NCBI GenBank assembly: GCA_048940645.1
Contig: JBHLOI010000012.1
Location: 1-64,000, forward strand
Reading direction: 5' to 3'
From: Promethearchaeota archaeon
Lineage (GTDB): Archaea; Asgardarchaeota; Lokiarchaeia; Sigyniarchaeales; SOKP01
Length of the DNA stretch: 64,000 nucleotides
This document shows, piece by piece, positions 20,575 to 30,572 of the stretch. A program made the translations under genes and the position numbers. The notes under the pieces were generated by a model. That model saw nothing but the letters and a program-made list of their open reading frames with translations. It had not been told where the DNA came from and did no database searches. Each line of letters begins with the position of its first letter. The stretch's first letter is position 1.

Positions 20575-22314
20575 CTAAGAATCTTCAAACAAACCCTTGT
20601 TCTTTTTATATAATCCGAGAAATTTTCCAGCGGGAGGTGATTCAAATGCGATACTTACATCAATTACTGCTGGTTTTTTCGATTCCATTGCTCTTTTTAT
20701 TGCAGGTTTAATATCCTCTGGGTTTTCTACTTTTTCACCATAACATCCAAAACCTTTTGCTACTTCAGCATAATTGATTGAAGGAAAATCGACATCACAA
20801 TATCGCTTCTGGAGATTATTTTTCTGATAAGTTTTGAGCATACCCCAAGCACAATTATTTCCAATTATTATAATTATAGGTAAATTCAATCTGACAGCAG
20901 TTTCTAATTCCTGAACATTAAATAAGAAGCTACCATCCCCATTTATACACACAACTGGTTTATCTGGTTTAGCCAGTTTAGTAGCAATCGCATAACACAC
21001 ACCTACACCCAGATGCCCCATACCAATTGAAGTAAATGTACTCCGTGGATATCTTTGAAAATTAGATAAAAGACCATAGCTGAAAATAGCAATATCTCCA
21101 CCATCAATGACTAGCTGTGTTTCTGGTGGAATATATCCTAGTATTTCAACAATGAATCTCTCAGGCTTCATCGGAATTTTATTAGATTTTAAAAGACTCT
21201 GAATAATGCTTTTATCATTCTCTCGAGCAGCTTGTAAATATTCATTCCATTCATTCCATTCCGATATTTTTTCTTTAGGAAGTTTTTCTTCCATATGGTT
21301 AAGAAATTGAATTAGGATTGCCTTTGCATCACCAATTATTCCTACATCAACTGGTCTATTTTTTCCAATTTCCTTTGGATCAATATCAACCTGTATAATC
21401 TTCTGATCTTGATTCCATAAAGGAGGTGTGCCATATAGAGTGGTATAGTCCCATTTACATCCAACAGAAATTACCAAATCTGATTCTGAGGCGGCTCTAC
21501 GAAATGTATTTGATAAGGGATAAGATCCTGCATAAGTTTTTTGATCACGACTTATTACTCCAATACCTAAAATAGTAGTTAGTGCTGGAATATTATAAGT
21601 TATTGATAATTTAATTAAATCTTCTGAAGCTTCAGAAGCAATAGTTCCACCTCCAGCAATTATTATCGGTTTTTTAGAATTTTTCAGAATTTCTAAGGCT
21701 TCATTTATTAAATAGGGATTTCCATAAGGTCTATTTATTGGTCGATACTTTTCCGGTTTTAAAATCTTTGTGAAAAGTTCTTCTTTTGCTGTTCTAACTA
21801 AAGCAGTCTCTCTTAATTCAAGATAAACAGGACCTCTTCTTCCCGACATAGCTGCTTTCATACATCTTTGTACTGCAAATGGAATTTCATATGGGTGTTC
21901 AACAGATATCTGTAATTTAGTAATTGGTTTCATTAAACTCATTTGATCCAAACCCCCTTGCATTATTCCTGTGTCATCAAACATACGTGCAATTTGAGCA
22001 CCAATAACTAACATTGGTATTGAATCGGCATTAGCAGCTGCAACAGCAGGTATAAGATGTGAAACTCCGGGGCCTGCGGTACCAAAACATACTCCTACTT
22101 CCCCTGTTGTTCTTGCCCAAGCATCTGCCATATGTCCACCTGCTTGTTCATGACGGACCATGACAGTGTCAATTCCTTCTTCACGACCCCATCGCTCAAT
22201 GGCATCATAAATTCGTGTTAACTCTCCACCAACAATACCAAACATTTTAGTAATGCCTTCATTTAAAAGACACTTGACAAGTAAATCTCCGCCATTTTTA
22301 ACTTGTTTAGACAT
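20575..22314 (-). CDS. Thiamine pyrophosphate-dependent enzyme (AHAS/IlvB-like; HACL/Xsc-type superfamily)
   Basis: VRHEQ catalytic Glu, TAGPG, GPVYLE, TPP motif GDGSF...GNNCAWG. Confidence 0.9.
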   Translation of the reverse strand: MSKQVKNGGDLLVKCLLNEGITKMFGIVGGELTRIYDAIERWGREEGIDTVMVRHEQAGGHMADAWARTTGEVGVCFGTAGPGVSHLIPAVAAANADSIPMLVIGAQIARMFDDTGIMQGGLDQMSLMKPITKLQISVEHPYEIPFAVQRCMKAAMSGRRGPVYLELRETALVRTAKEELFTKILKPEKYRPINRPYGNPYLINEALEILKNSKKPIIIAGGGTIASEASEDLIKLSITYNIPALTTILGIGVISRDQKTYAGSYPLSNTFRRAASESDLVISVGCKWDYTTLYGTPPLWNQDQKIIQVDIDPKEIGKNRPVDVGIIGDAKAILIQFLNHMEEKLPKEKISEWNEWNEYLQAARENDKSIIQSLLKSNKIPMKPERFIVEILGYIPPETQLVIDGGDIAIFSYGLLSNFQRYPRSTFTSIGMGHLGVGVCYAIATKLAKPDKPVVCINGDGSFLFNVQELETAVRLNLPIIIIIGNNCAWGMLKTYQKNNLQKRYCDVDFPSINYAEVAKGFGCYGEKVENPEDIKPAIKRAMESKKPAVIDVSIAFESPPAGKFLGLYKKNKGLFEDS

Positions 22315-22396
22315 ATAAAATGGTATTAAAAATGAGAATTAAATTTTGTTAAAAATAAGACTTTAGATATAATTTTTTAATCAGCCATTTAATTAT

Positions 22397-23686
22397 CTAT
22401 TTCACACTATCAGCAAAATCCAATTTGCCAATTGGATTTTCAAGAGGGAATTCCCCCTGAAGAATTTTTAATTTTAATTCTTCTGCTAATTTAATAGCTC
22501 CATTTCTATCTGATTGTCTCAATACAATATCAATTTTCTTTCCTTCAAACTTTATCGTTTTCATATCTAATTGAAATGCATCCGGACAAACTGTAGTACA
22601 AGTACCACAATTAAAACATCTAGACCTATCAATACCTTGAACAGAACCACCATTCATAATAAAAGCATTTGTGGGGCATATATCTATAACTTTGCATATC
22701 TCACATGTAATACAAGCTTCTGGATTGAATTTCATTAAGAAGTTTTTTTGCCAAACATCTCCATAAGTAATTTCACCTATTTTTTCTCTACCTACAAGAC
22801 TCAATATTTGTAAAGGAATATTATTATCTGACTTTACAATATCATTGAATATAGCTTCATTTAAAATTGGGATTGGTAAGGCAATGCTACATATTGGTTC
22901 CAAACCATAAGATGTCTTAAATGCGCCCATGTATTCAGGCTGCATCCCTGTAAATGGGGCAATAGTCATCATATTTGGTTTTTTAATATAATTTCGTGTA
23001 CCTGGCCCCATCAAATAACCAGTACTTCCATTTACTAATAGGGGTGTTCCTACCCCAAAAGTCTTAAAGTTTGGATCATTCTGAAAGGGATTTAATGCTC
23101 CACATCCAGAGAAAGTCATTTGGGTTCTATTTGGCTTAAATGGAAGCGCAGAAAATATTGTTTTAACTTCATATGATTCACAATTTATCATTGCGTTATA
23201 ATTTCTTATTGCTTGCCTAGTTCCCATTAATTTTGCAAACTGCATATCCTCTAATGTCATTGTTTTTTGAATTTTCTCACCCTCGCTACTCTTTGCAATA
23301 ATTTCTGCTTCTTTACCTTCAACTAGTTCTCTGAAAAGAGATCCTCCACAATAATTACTTCTTGTCTGACTCTGAGTAGTTCCGTAAATGATTAGATCAA
23401 CAATTCCTAAATACTCATTCGGGCATGGTCCTGGAAATGCGGGGATTCCATTCATATCTACTTCTGTGAATTTTCTTAATGCTTTTGGTGGGGAAAGACG
23501 GAAAGAAAAGATACCCATAATTCCGCTCATTAATCCTTTAGTTGCTGTTGTAATAACATCTACATCTTCAAAATTAACGTTTTCACCATCACTCAAACGA
23601 TCAACTAAATCTTGAGCAGTAATTATTATAGCAGTTCCTTTATCAATCTTTTTCTTTATTTCAGAAAGATTCCTCTTTTTAGACAA
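22397..23686 (-). CDS. Methanogenesis marker 16-like metalloprotein (DUF39/L-aspartate semialdehyde sulfurtransferase family with 2x[4Fe-4S] domain; ComF-like)
   Basis: DVDVITTATKGLMSG, PGPCPNEYLG.VD, FSGCG.LNP, ferredoxin motifs CITCEIC..CP and CFNCGTCTTVCP, LRQSDR. Confidence 0.8.
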   Translation of the reverse strand: MSKKRNLSEIKKKIDKGTAIIITAQDLVDRLSDGENVNFEDVDVITTATKGLMSGIMGIFSFRLSPPKALRKFTEVDMNGIPAFPGPCPNEYLGIVDLIIYGTTQSQTRSNYCGGSLFRELVEGKEAEIIAKSSEGEKIQKTMTLEDMQFAKLMGTRQAIRNYNAMINCESYEVKTIFSALPFKPNRTQMTFSGCGALNPFQNDPNFKTFGVGTPLLVNGSTGYLMGPGTRNYIKKPNMMTIAPFTGMQPEYMGAFKTSYGLEPICSIALPIPILNEAIFNDIVKSDNNIPLQILSLVGREKIGEITYGDVWQKNFLMKFNPEACITCEICKVIDICPTNAFIMNGGSVQGIDRSRCFNCGTCTTVCPDAFQLDMKTIKFEGKKIDIVLRQSDRNGAIKLAEELKLKILQGEFPLENPIGKLDFADSVK

Positions 23687-23822
23687 TTGAAATACCCAAA
23701 AATATCAAATTTATAACTTGGTAAATATTCATTTATAATAAAATTTTTTTATTATGCCAATGCTTACATTTCTTAAAGAAATATTCTAAGATCTATTAGT
23801 TTGAATTGAGGTTTTTTATTAA

Positions 23823-24557
23823 TTGTCATATTTTGAATCAAGATTAAGAATAAATTTCGATAATTTAGAAGAAGTTAGACAAACACTAAACTTTTGTGAA
23901 CAATTGGGGATAAAAAATTTAATTCTTGAACCAATAAAGAATTCAAATAACTATAAGGCTGAATTACTAAATAAAATTAAAAAAATTACAAATCTAAATA
24001 TATATTATCGCTTTAATTTAAGGCCAAGCAACTTGAATGTTTTTAAGAAGACTATTAAAAAATTCAATTCTTTTCCTCATATTTTAGGGGTAGAAACACC
24101 AGATAAAGAGATTCAAATTCAAGCAGCAAAAGATTCTAGAATAGATATCTTATCATTTTCAAATGAAAACATTATGAAGACAATCTCGATTGGAGTTATT
24201 TCATTAATTAAACAAAACAATTCGTTCATTGAATTTTCATTAGCTCCAATAATGATGAAATCTATAGGAATTCAGTCAAAGAATTTCAGAAATTTGTATC
24301 GCTTTACTAAATTAGTATTAGATTTAAAACCAAATTATATTATTAGTGGTAATTTTAGCGAGTTATATCAATTTAGAAATCCTAGAAGTCTCTTAAGTAT
24401 TTGCCACACATTATTAGGAATGTCTTTAGATGAAGCAAAAAAGGGATTTAGGGATAATGTCCAATTATTATTAGAGCGTGCTAACCATCGTGTTAATAAA
24501 AATATATACCAAGAAGGCGTCAAATTCATTAAAGGAGGAGATAATGGCTATGTATAA
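23823..24557 (+). CDS. rnp3: Ribonuclease P protein subunit p30 (Rpp30)
   Basis: AAKDSRIDILS, IEFSLAP, IISG..YQFRNP PHP-like pattern; immediately upstream of Pop5. Confidence 0.85.
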   Translation: MSYFESRLRINFDNLEEVRQTLNFCEQLGIKNLILEPIKNSNNYKAELLNKIKKITNLNIYYRFNLRPSNLNVFKKTIKKFNSFPHILGVETPDKEIQIQAAKDSRIDILSFSNENIMKTISIGVISLIKQNNSFIEFSLAPIMMKSIGIQSKNFRNLYRFTKLVLDLKPNYIISGNFSELYQFRNPRSLLSICHTLLGMSLDEAKKGFRDNVQLLLERANHRVNKNIYQEGVKFIKGGDNGYV

Positions 24558-24897
24558 GGAGCGGCAAAGATATATTCTATTCCGTATTTTTAGCGAAAAT
24601 AAGAGTAAATTTGATCAAAATAGAATATTGAAAGCAATTTGGCAATCAATTTGGAGATACTTTGGTCTGAAGGAAGCTAATAAGACGGGATTATGGTTAG
24701 TAGAACTTGATCTGGAGAATGATTATGGAATAATAAGATGCTCTCATCAAACTAAGGAATTGGTAATTTCTGCTTTAACTCTAATAACAGAGATAAGTAG
24801 TGAGAAAATAATATTCTCTCCCGTTAAAACTTCTGGAACTATTAGATCGTTGGAAAAAGTAAAAGATATGATATTTAACAGAAATCAGAATAGTTAA
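24544..24897 (+). CDS. rnp2: Ribonuclease P protein subunit Pop5/Rpp14
   Basis: ERQRYILF, FG, GIIRC, KTSGTIRSL; start moved to the in-frame ATG at 24544 (or 24550) behind AGGAGG. Confidence 0.9.
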   Translation: MAMYKERQRYILFRIFSENKSKFDQNRILKAIWQSIWRYFGLKEANKTGLWLVELDLENDYGIIRCSHQTKELVISALTLITEISSEKIIFSPVKTSGTIRSLEKVKDMIFNRNQNS

Positions 24898-24919
24898 TTT
24901 TAGAAAATATTGGAAAAAG

Positions 24920-25351
24920 ATGGAAAAAGATATATTAACTAACGCAGTTATCAAAGAAAATGTAGAACAATTTGAAATAAATTTAACTCAGTTATTATCA
25001 GAAGTAAAAGATTCTCGAAATAGTCCTTATTTGTTAATTATTCAATCAAATACAGAAAAGTATGTAAAATTAACAATTTATCCAATACAACATCAGAAGA
25101 TCATTAAATTAACTTTAAAAGGCGTTAATGTTTTATATAAAGATATTGAAATCTTATCCAAGAGACTCCAAAAATATAATATAATTCATACTACTGGATT
25201 AGTATCAAAAAGTAAAAATGTTATTTATGAATGTTATCTTGATTTAAGGAAAATTGAAACTAAATATAATGAACTTGAAAAATCTTTAGAAAAAATTAAA
25301 AGTATATTCAAAGATATAAAAATTGAGGAATTAAGTTTATATCAAAGTTAA
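24920..25351 (+). CDS. Hypothetical protein (C-terminal half possibly ACT-like)
   Basis: Open 143-aa ORF co-oriented with the RNase P genes; IIHTTGL..IYECYL beta-alpha pattern. Confidence 0.6.
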   Translation: MEKDILTNAVIKENVEQFEINLTQLLSEVKDSRNSPYLLIIQSNTEKYVKLTIYPIQHQKIIKLTLKGVNVLYKDIEILSKRLQKYNIIHTTGLVSKSKNVIYECYLDLRKIETKYNELEKSLEKIKSIFKDIKIEELSLYQS

Positions 25352-25363
25352 AATGTCATAAAA

Positions 25364-25813
25364 ATGAAAACTTGGGAAATTACTTTAAAGTATTCTGATG
25401 ATTCAGCTAAAAAACTTGAACTATTTGATGTTAAGAATTTATTCAATGGATATTTGAAAATTAAAAGAAGTTATTTTGACCGACTTTTAAAAGCAGTAAA
25501 AATAACTAAGAATTATTTTACGGGTAAGGCTATTGAAAAGATAATTTCCCCAGATAATGATGATTGGACTCTCAATCCTTGGATGTTAGTCTTAATACAG
25601 GATAATGAGAAGAAGAAACCATTCTGGCTGCTTATCAAAAGAGAGAGAGATCTTTCCGGGGAGCTAGTTGCTATAGGACCAAGGGCTTTTGCAGATTATA
25701 ATGATAGCAACAGTGACGAGGCTAGACGTGATCTTAAACGTTTAATGACTTATCTCGTTGTATATATTAATAAATTTGAATGTGGTGTGCTTTTACCTAA
25801 CTATTTATCATGA
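25364..25813 (+). CDS. Hypothetical protein
   Basis: 149-aa ORF, 12 nt after the previous gene. Confidence 0.65.
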   Translation: MKTWEITLKYSDDSAKKLELFDVKNLFNGYLKIKRSYFDRLLKAVKITKNYFTGKAIEKIISPDNDDWTLNPWMLVLIQDNEKKKPFWLLIKRERDLSGELVAIGPRAFADYNDSNSDEARRDLKRLMTYLVVYINKFECGVLLPNYLS

Positions 25814-25949
25814 TTTAAGATATTTTTAAGTTTATAGAAATAGGTGATTTTTAGAATTATCAAATTAATACTCAATTTTTTGAATATATTGAAATAAGTA
25901 TAAGAAACTTAAAATATCAAATTTAATTATCACTTTCATTAGTCGATAA

Positions 25950-26825
25950 ATGGCTAATTTGTATAAAATATCTGTAAGTGGATTTAGAACCGTGAAAAGA
26001 ACTGCGATTAAATTAATTACCCTAATGTTTATTTCAAGTCTAATGGTTAGTTCCTATTTGTTTGTTATAAATGGCTCTGGGGCAGATTTAGAAATCAAAC
26101 CCCTTTATGGGCAAGCTCCTGTAATAGATGGAGAAATTGATACATCTGAAAATGAATGGAACAAGGCAATAAAGGAACATTTAAATTTATATCCAAACGA
26201 ATCCGCCCCAGAAAATCCATTACTAGTTGATTTATGGGTTATGCAGAATGGTTCAAATTTATATATCTCGATCCAATTTAGTTTTCTTCATAATAATTTT
26301 GAATTTGTGGGATTATTAATCTCTAAAAATCAATCTGAAAGCCCAGAAGATTTTGCAGATGCAAAAATCGTTCGATTTTCAAATATTAGTACCAATGAAT
26401 ATACATATAAAGATTATTATTTAAATAATTCAGTTTATGAGGAGGATACAAACTCAAATGGTAGTGGAGCTGGAAAAATAGAGGGAGAGGACGCTATTTA
26501 TGAATTTGTCTTACCTGTTGAATATAATGAAAGTGATCCTGAAGATACCTTTTTAGAATATGGAACTGATGAAGAAAGTGGCCATGTTTTTAAAATTATT
26601 ATGGGAGATTCTACAGACCCTCCTTCTTATCCAGAGGATATAAGAATAAGTAATAATGTTTTAATTAAAATTACATATAATCCACTTCCTCCCGAATTAA
26701 CTCCACAAGAACTTTTAATCTTAATTTTGTCAATTATTATTTTTGGTACTAGTGGAATGCTTTATGTATTTTATATCTATAGAATTGTAAAATTGAAGGA
26801 AAGAATTGAAAGAATAAGGACTTAA
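25950..26825 (+). CDS. Membrane-anchored extracellular protein with DOMON/CBM9-like domain
   Basis: N-terminal hydrophobic signal, APVIDGEID..EW motif, NLYISI, IYEFVLP, acidic ectodomain, C-terminal TM. Confidence 0.7.
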   Translation: MANLYKISVSGFRTVKRTAIKLITLMFISSLMVSSYLFVINGSGADLEIKPLYGQAPVIDGEIDTSENEWNKAIKEHLNLYPNESAPENPLLVDLWVMQNGSNLYISIQFSFLHNNFEFVGLLISKNQSESPEDFADAKIVRFSNISTNEYTYKDYYLNNSVYEEDTNSNGSGAGKIEGEDAIYEFVLPVEYNESDPEDTFLEYGTDEESGHVFKIIMGDSTDPPSYPEDIRISNNVLIKITYNPLPPELTPQELLILILSIIIFGTSGMLYVFYIYRIVKLKERIERIRT

Positions 26826-26826
26826 T

Positions 26827-27240
26827 ATGCCAAAATTTAAAAAAGAGAAGAAAAGGGATAGCCGTTCAAACAAAAAAGCATTTAACGAAGAATTCGCGTA
26901 TAAGACAGTAATTAAGTCAGTTATTTTCGGAGGCTTTTTTTTTACTTTATCTATTCTCTTTAATATGGAGATAATAACATTTTTTGTAAATTTAGGTGGA
27001 GTTTGGTTTATTATTGATATAATTATTAAAATAGCTGCAATTTTACTATTTTTCTTTTTCATGCTAATAAGTATTGGCAATTATAAAGAATTAACAGGAA
27101 AACCGTTAGATTTTAAGCTAATTCTTTTAATGTTTGTATTATCTCTCCTTCAAGCATTTCGAGACCCTATAGTTTTCACGTTCACATTTTTTGGACTTGC
27201 TATTATAATTATTTACATGTTCTTTGTGCAAGAAGGTTAA
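26827..27240 (+). CDS. Small 4-TM membrane protein
   Basis: Basic N-terminus followed by four hydrophobic segments. Confidence 0.7.
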   Translation: MPKFKKEKKRDSRSNKKAFNEEFAYKTVIKSVIFGGFFFTLSILFNMEIITFFVNLGGVWFIIDIIIKIAAILLFFFFMLISIGNYKELTGKPLDFKLILLMFVLSLLQAFRDPIVFTFTFFGLAIIIIYMFFVQEG

Positions 27241-27274
27241 ATTTGAATTCAAACTTTCATTTTTAATTTTAATA

Positions 27275-28018
27275 ATGCCATCAAATTTTTTACTTGTAGG
27301 ACACAGAGGAACAAGAACTTATTTTGATGAAAATACTGTGGAAGCTTTTACGATCGCATTAAACCACGGAGCAAATTATATCGAGTTTGATATTCGTGAA
27401 TTAAAAGATGGAAATTTAATTGTTTTTCATGATTCTTCATTAGAAAGAACAACAAACGGTATTGGTTTAATTAAAGATTATAATTATTCAGACATAAGTA
27501 ATCTAAATACTCAAAATAGAAATTGTAAAATACCTCTTTTACATGAGGTTTTGGAAAATTTCAGGAGTAAAACTAATTTTATTATTGAATTAAAAGAAGT
27601 AAGTTCATGGCAAGAAGTTATAGATATTGTAATTAAAAAAAAATTACTACTTAAAACGATTTTTAGTGGAAGAAATTTAATAATGTTAAAATTAATAAAG
27701 ACTAAGGTACCAGATGCTCAAGTTTGTTATAATATTACTAAGGGACAAGGTTTTACTTTGAAAAATTTTCTTGAAAATCAGGGTATGGATAAATTAAATT
27801 TTATTCCAGATATAATAAATCTTAGATCTAACTTAGTTGAAAAAAAATTTATTGAAAGGTGTCATAAGCATAAAATATTAGCTTTGGCTTGGGATTTCAT
27901 TAATTACAAAAATCCCATCGAAAAAATCAAACATTTAATCGATATAGGAATTGATGGTATATTATTTGATGATTATCGGAATATCGGATTTATAAAAGAT
28001 TATTTATTGACCAATTAA
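27275..28018 (+). CDS. glpQ: Glycerophosphodiester phosphodiesterase
   Basis: VGHRG, ENT, IEFDI, VFHD..LERTT, IELK, GIDGI; start placed at ATG 27275 to avoid overlap. Confidence 0.9.
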   Translation: MPSNFLLVGHRGTRTYFDENTVEAFTIALNHGANYIEFDIRELKDGNLIVFHDSSLERTTNGIGLIKDYNYSDISNLNTQNRNCKIPLLHEVLENFRSKTNFIIELKEVSSWQEVIDIVIKKKLLLKTIFSGRNLIMLKLIKTKVPDAQVCYNITKGQGFTLKNFLENQGMDKLNFIPDIINLRSNLVEKKFIERCHKHKILALAWDFINYKNPIEKIKHLIDIGIDGILFDDYRNIGFIKDYLLTN

Positions 28019-30075
28019 TTGTTTTTTATAATAGATTTTCCTGAAGGAAGAAACAATATTATCTCATCCAAAGTTAATAATTTTATCCATTTCCTTAATT
28101 TTTTTTCAGATGTTTTTATAAAATTAGATTTTATTTCTTTTGCTAATGCTCCTTTTTGGAGTCCAGTATTAGAAGGTTTTATAATTAAAAAATTACTCTC
28201 TTGAGATTTGATTGCCCTTATTGGTCCTACTTTTATTTTTGGATAAAATTTAGGATCTTCATTTGAAGTATCGCTTAATTCAATTAATTCTAAACAAATC
28301 GCTAACTCAGTCTCAGCGTCTTTTATAAGATTCTTTTTCCCTGAAATCATAAAAGAACCTTTAGGTAGAAATTCACCTGAAGGAGGGGTTTTTGAAACTT
28401 GATCTGGTAAAACAAAGAACACATCAACAACACCCCAGTTTTCTTTCCATGCTCGAGAATAACTAGCAACGAATATTGCAGCCTCTTTTATTGTAGCTTG
28501 GGGAATATTTTTACCATCTGGATTTTTTATGACTGTTAATGGGGACCCTGGAAAATTTGTATGAAAAACTAAATCTTTATCATCAATATATTTCTTATAT
28601 ATTAATTCATTTGAATTAGCATCTCTCCCTCCAATGACTAAAAATTCTTCCGATGAAAAGAACCATCTAAATTTCTCATACCACTTCTTCTTTGGTTTCT
28701 TAATTAAAAAATCTACTTCTTCTTCGATTGCTTCTCTTTTATCAAGTAATTGTTGTATAATTTTTTTAGTTTTTTCAATTGCAGGAATTGTGCCTTTTAT
28801 TTTTTTTTCAAACTTTTTTCCTTTAGTATAGAGCCTATTGGCATTTTCTCCTAAACTAGAATTTAAATTTAAATATACTTCATTATCTTTTATGTTAAAA
28901 ATTACTTGTTTTGTTGATGGTATAATTTTAATGAAGAATTCTAAACCTTCAATATTATCAGTCTTGGCATTTAACAATTTTTCATTAATTTCTTCAAATG
29001 AATAGCCTCTCTTTCTAGCATTTGAGATTGTATCAAACAGTTTTTCTAATGGATTGAAATTAGTATATATAAAATCTCCATAATCATAGAATTTTTTCTT
29101 TTGAAATTTTAACTCATTTAGATATTCTTTTTGCCTTTTTAATATCTGTTCCTGAACATTTATTTGGTGATCAAGATTATCATTTTGTGAAGATTTAACT
29201 AGATCTGAATCAATTTGAGAATAATAATAATCAACTGCTTTATTGAAAGACTCAAAATATCTTTTGTTATGATTTTGGTATAAAATAAGTTCAAAAGGCT
29301 GAACTGATATTTGGTTTTCATTCTTATCAAGTATAACATTTGCTTTAATTTTACCGAAAAGTAATCGATTTCTTAAATTTTTGAAGGCATCGAATAGATT
29401 TTTCAAACTTTCCATATCTAAATTATTCCCTTTTTCAGTTTTTTCGATTCTTGCTTCATAGCAAAGTTCTTCACTATAAAGACCTGAGATATTTATATTT
29501 CTTGCTAAAATTCTGACTATTTCCTGATCTGAATCAATGATTAATTCATTAAATTCTTCTTGTTTTAAAGTTAAAAAATCTTTTCCTCTTGGTTTAGGAA
29601 AATTATATTCCCTATTAGCTAAAATATCCCGGTCTTTAAATCTTCTGTACTTGTTAGCAATTTTTACAAAATTATTATTGTCAACTAATATATAATTACC
29701 TTTATTGAATAGTTCGACAATAAATTTCCATGGTTCCTCATCATAATTACTTAAATTAAAAATGATAATCCTATCGAAATTATGCTGAGATATAGACAAA
29801 ATCTTTTTGTTTTTCATGAATTTTCTTAAAGACATTACATATTGAGAGGGATATTTTGGGATAGGATAATTATAATTTGTTAAATTAATTCGAGAGTCAT
29901 TTTTTATAATTAAATTTTTCTTCTCATTATTTTTTGTTTTAAGTTTTAATATCAAGAGATCTTCAATTTCATATATATTTAAGATGATTCCTTGAGAAAG
30001 GATTAAGTCTAATTCTCTAACAATTGTATATACATCAAAATTTGAAAATTTTAATATTCTTCTCATAAATACCAT
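28015..30075 (-). CDS. rqcH: Ribosome quality control protein RqcH/Rqc2 (NFACT family)
   Basis: FDRII, VELFNKGN, ENANRLY, WYEKFRWF, GGRDANSNE, VSKTPPSGEFLPKGSFMISG. Confidence 0.95.
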   Translation of the reverse strand: MVFMRRILKFSNFDVYTIVRELDLILSQGIILNIYEIEDLLILKLKTKNNEKKNLIIKNDSRINLTNYNYPIPKYPSQYVMSLRKFMKNKKILSISQHNFDRIIIFNLSNYDEEPWKFIVELFNKGNYILVDNNNFVKIANKYRRFKDRDILANREYNFPKPRGKDFLTLKQEEFNELIIDSDQEIVRILARNINISGLYSEELCYEARIEKTEKGNNLDMESLKNLFDAFKNLRNRLLFGKIKANVILDKNENQISVQPFELILYQNHNKRYFESFNKAVDYYYSQIDSDLVKSSQNDNLDHQINVQEQILKRQKEYLNELKFQKKKFYDYGDFIYTNFNPLEKLFDTISNARKRGYSFEEINEKLLNAKTDNIEGLEFFIKIIPSTKQVIFNIKDNEVYLNLNSSLGENANRLYTKGKKFEKKIKGTIPAIEKTKKIIQQLLDKREAIEEEVDFLIKKPKKKWYEKFRWFFSSEEFLVIGGRDANSNELIYKKYIDDKDLVFHTNFPGSPLTVIKNPDGKNIPQATIKEAAIFVASYSRAWKENWGVVDVFFVLPDQVSKTPPSGEFLPKGSFMISGKKNLIKDAETELAICLELIELSDTSNEDPKFYPKIKVGPIRAIKSQESNFLIIKPSNTGLQKGALAKEIKSNFIKTSEKKLRKWIKLLTLDEIILFLPSGKSIIKNN

Positions 30076-30116
30076 TATCGTTTGAATAAAATCTGAACTT
30101 TACTACAATATATATA

Positions 30117-30569
30117 ATGATTTTTATAATAAATAATATTAATAATACTATTATGGTTAAAAAAGATAAACGCCAGAAGCGAACCAATATAAAAAAAGAA
30201 CGTCAGAAGCGTATTAAAGAAAGAAAGAGACAACTACAAAAACAAGATTTATTGTCAGATAAAAAAGCTTCAAAGGGAATAGATCTCCGTTTAGAAAAAG
30301 AAACAAAAATTTACTGGATTAGAGCAATAACAGGTGGCGCTAGCGGTTTAATTGGAATTTTAATAGGTTTAAAAGGATGGTGGTTATTTCTCTGGATGAT
30401 GTGCTTTTGGTGGATTACTCCCTTTTTTGTAAGTTTTATAATATTAAGATATGAATATGATAAAGAGGAATGGAACTGGAAAAATATTATTAAGCCCGGA
30501 GTAGGAATATTTTTCTTCCTTTTTATGATAGTTTCAACTATAACATTCACATTAATTAGATATTTCTGA
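30117..30569 (+). CDS. EMC6-like (Rab5-interacting family) 3-TM membrane protein
   Basis: YWIRAITGGASGLIGILIGLKG...GVGIFFFLFMIVSTITFTL matches the EMC6 pattern; true start may be the later ATG (MVKK). Confidence 0.6.
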   Translation: MIFIINNINNTIMVKKDKRQKRTNIKKERQKRIKERKRQLQKQDLLSDKKASKGIDLRLEKETKIYWIRAITGGASGLIGILIGLKGWWLFLWMMCFWWITPFFVSFIILRYEYDKEEWNWKNIIKPGVGIFFFLFMIVSTITFTLIRYF

Positions 30570-30572
30570 AAT

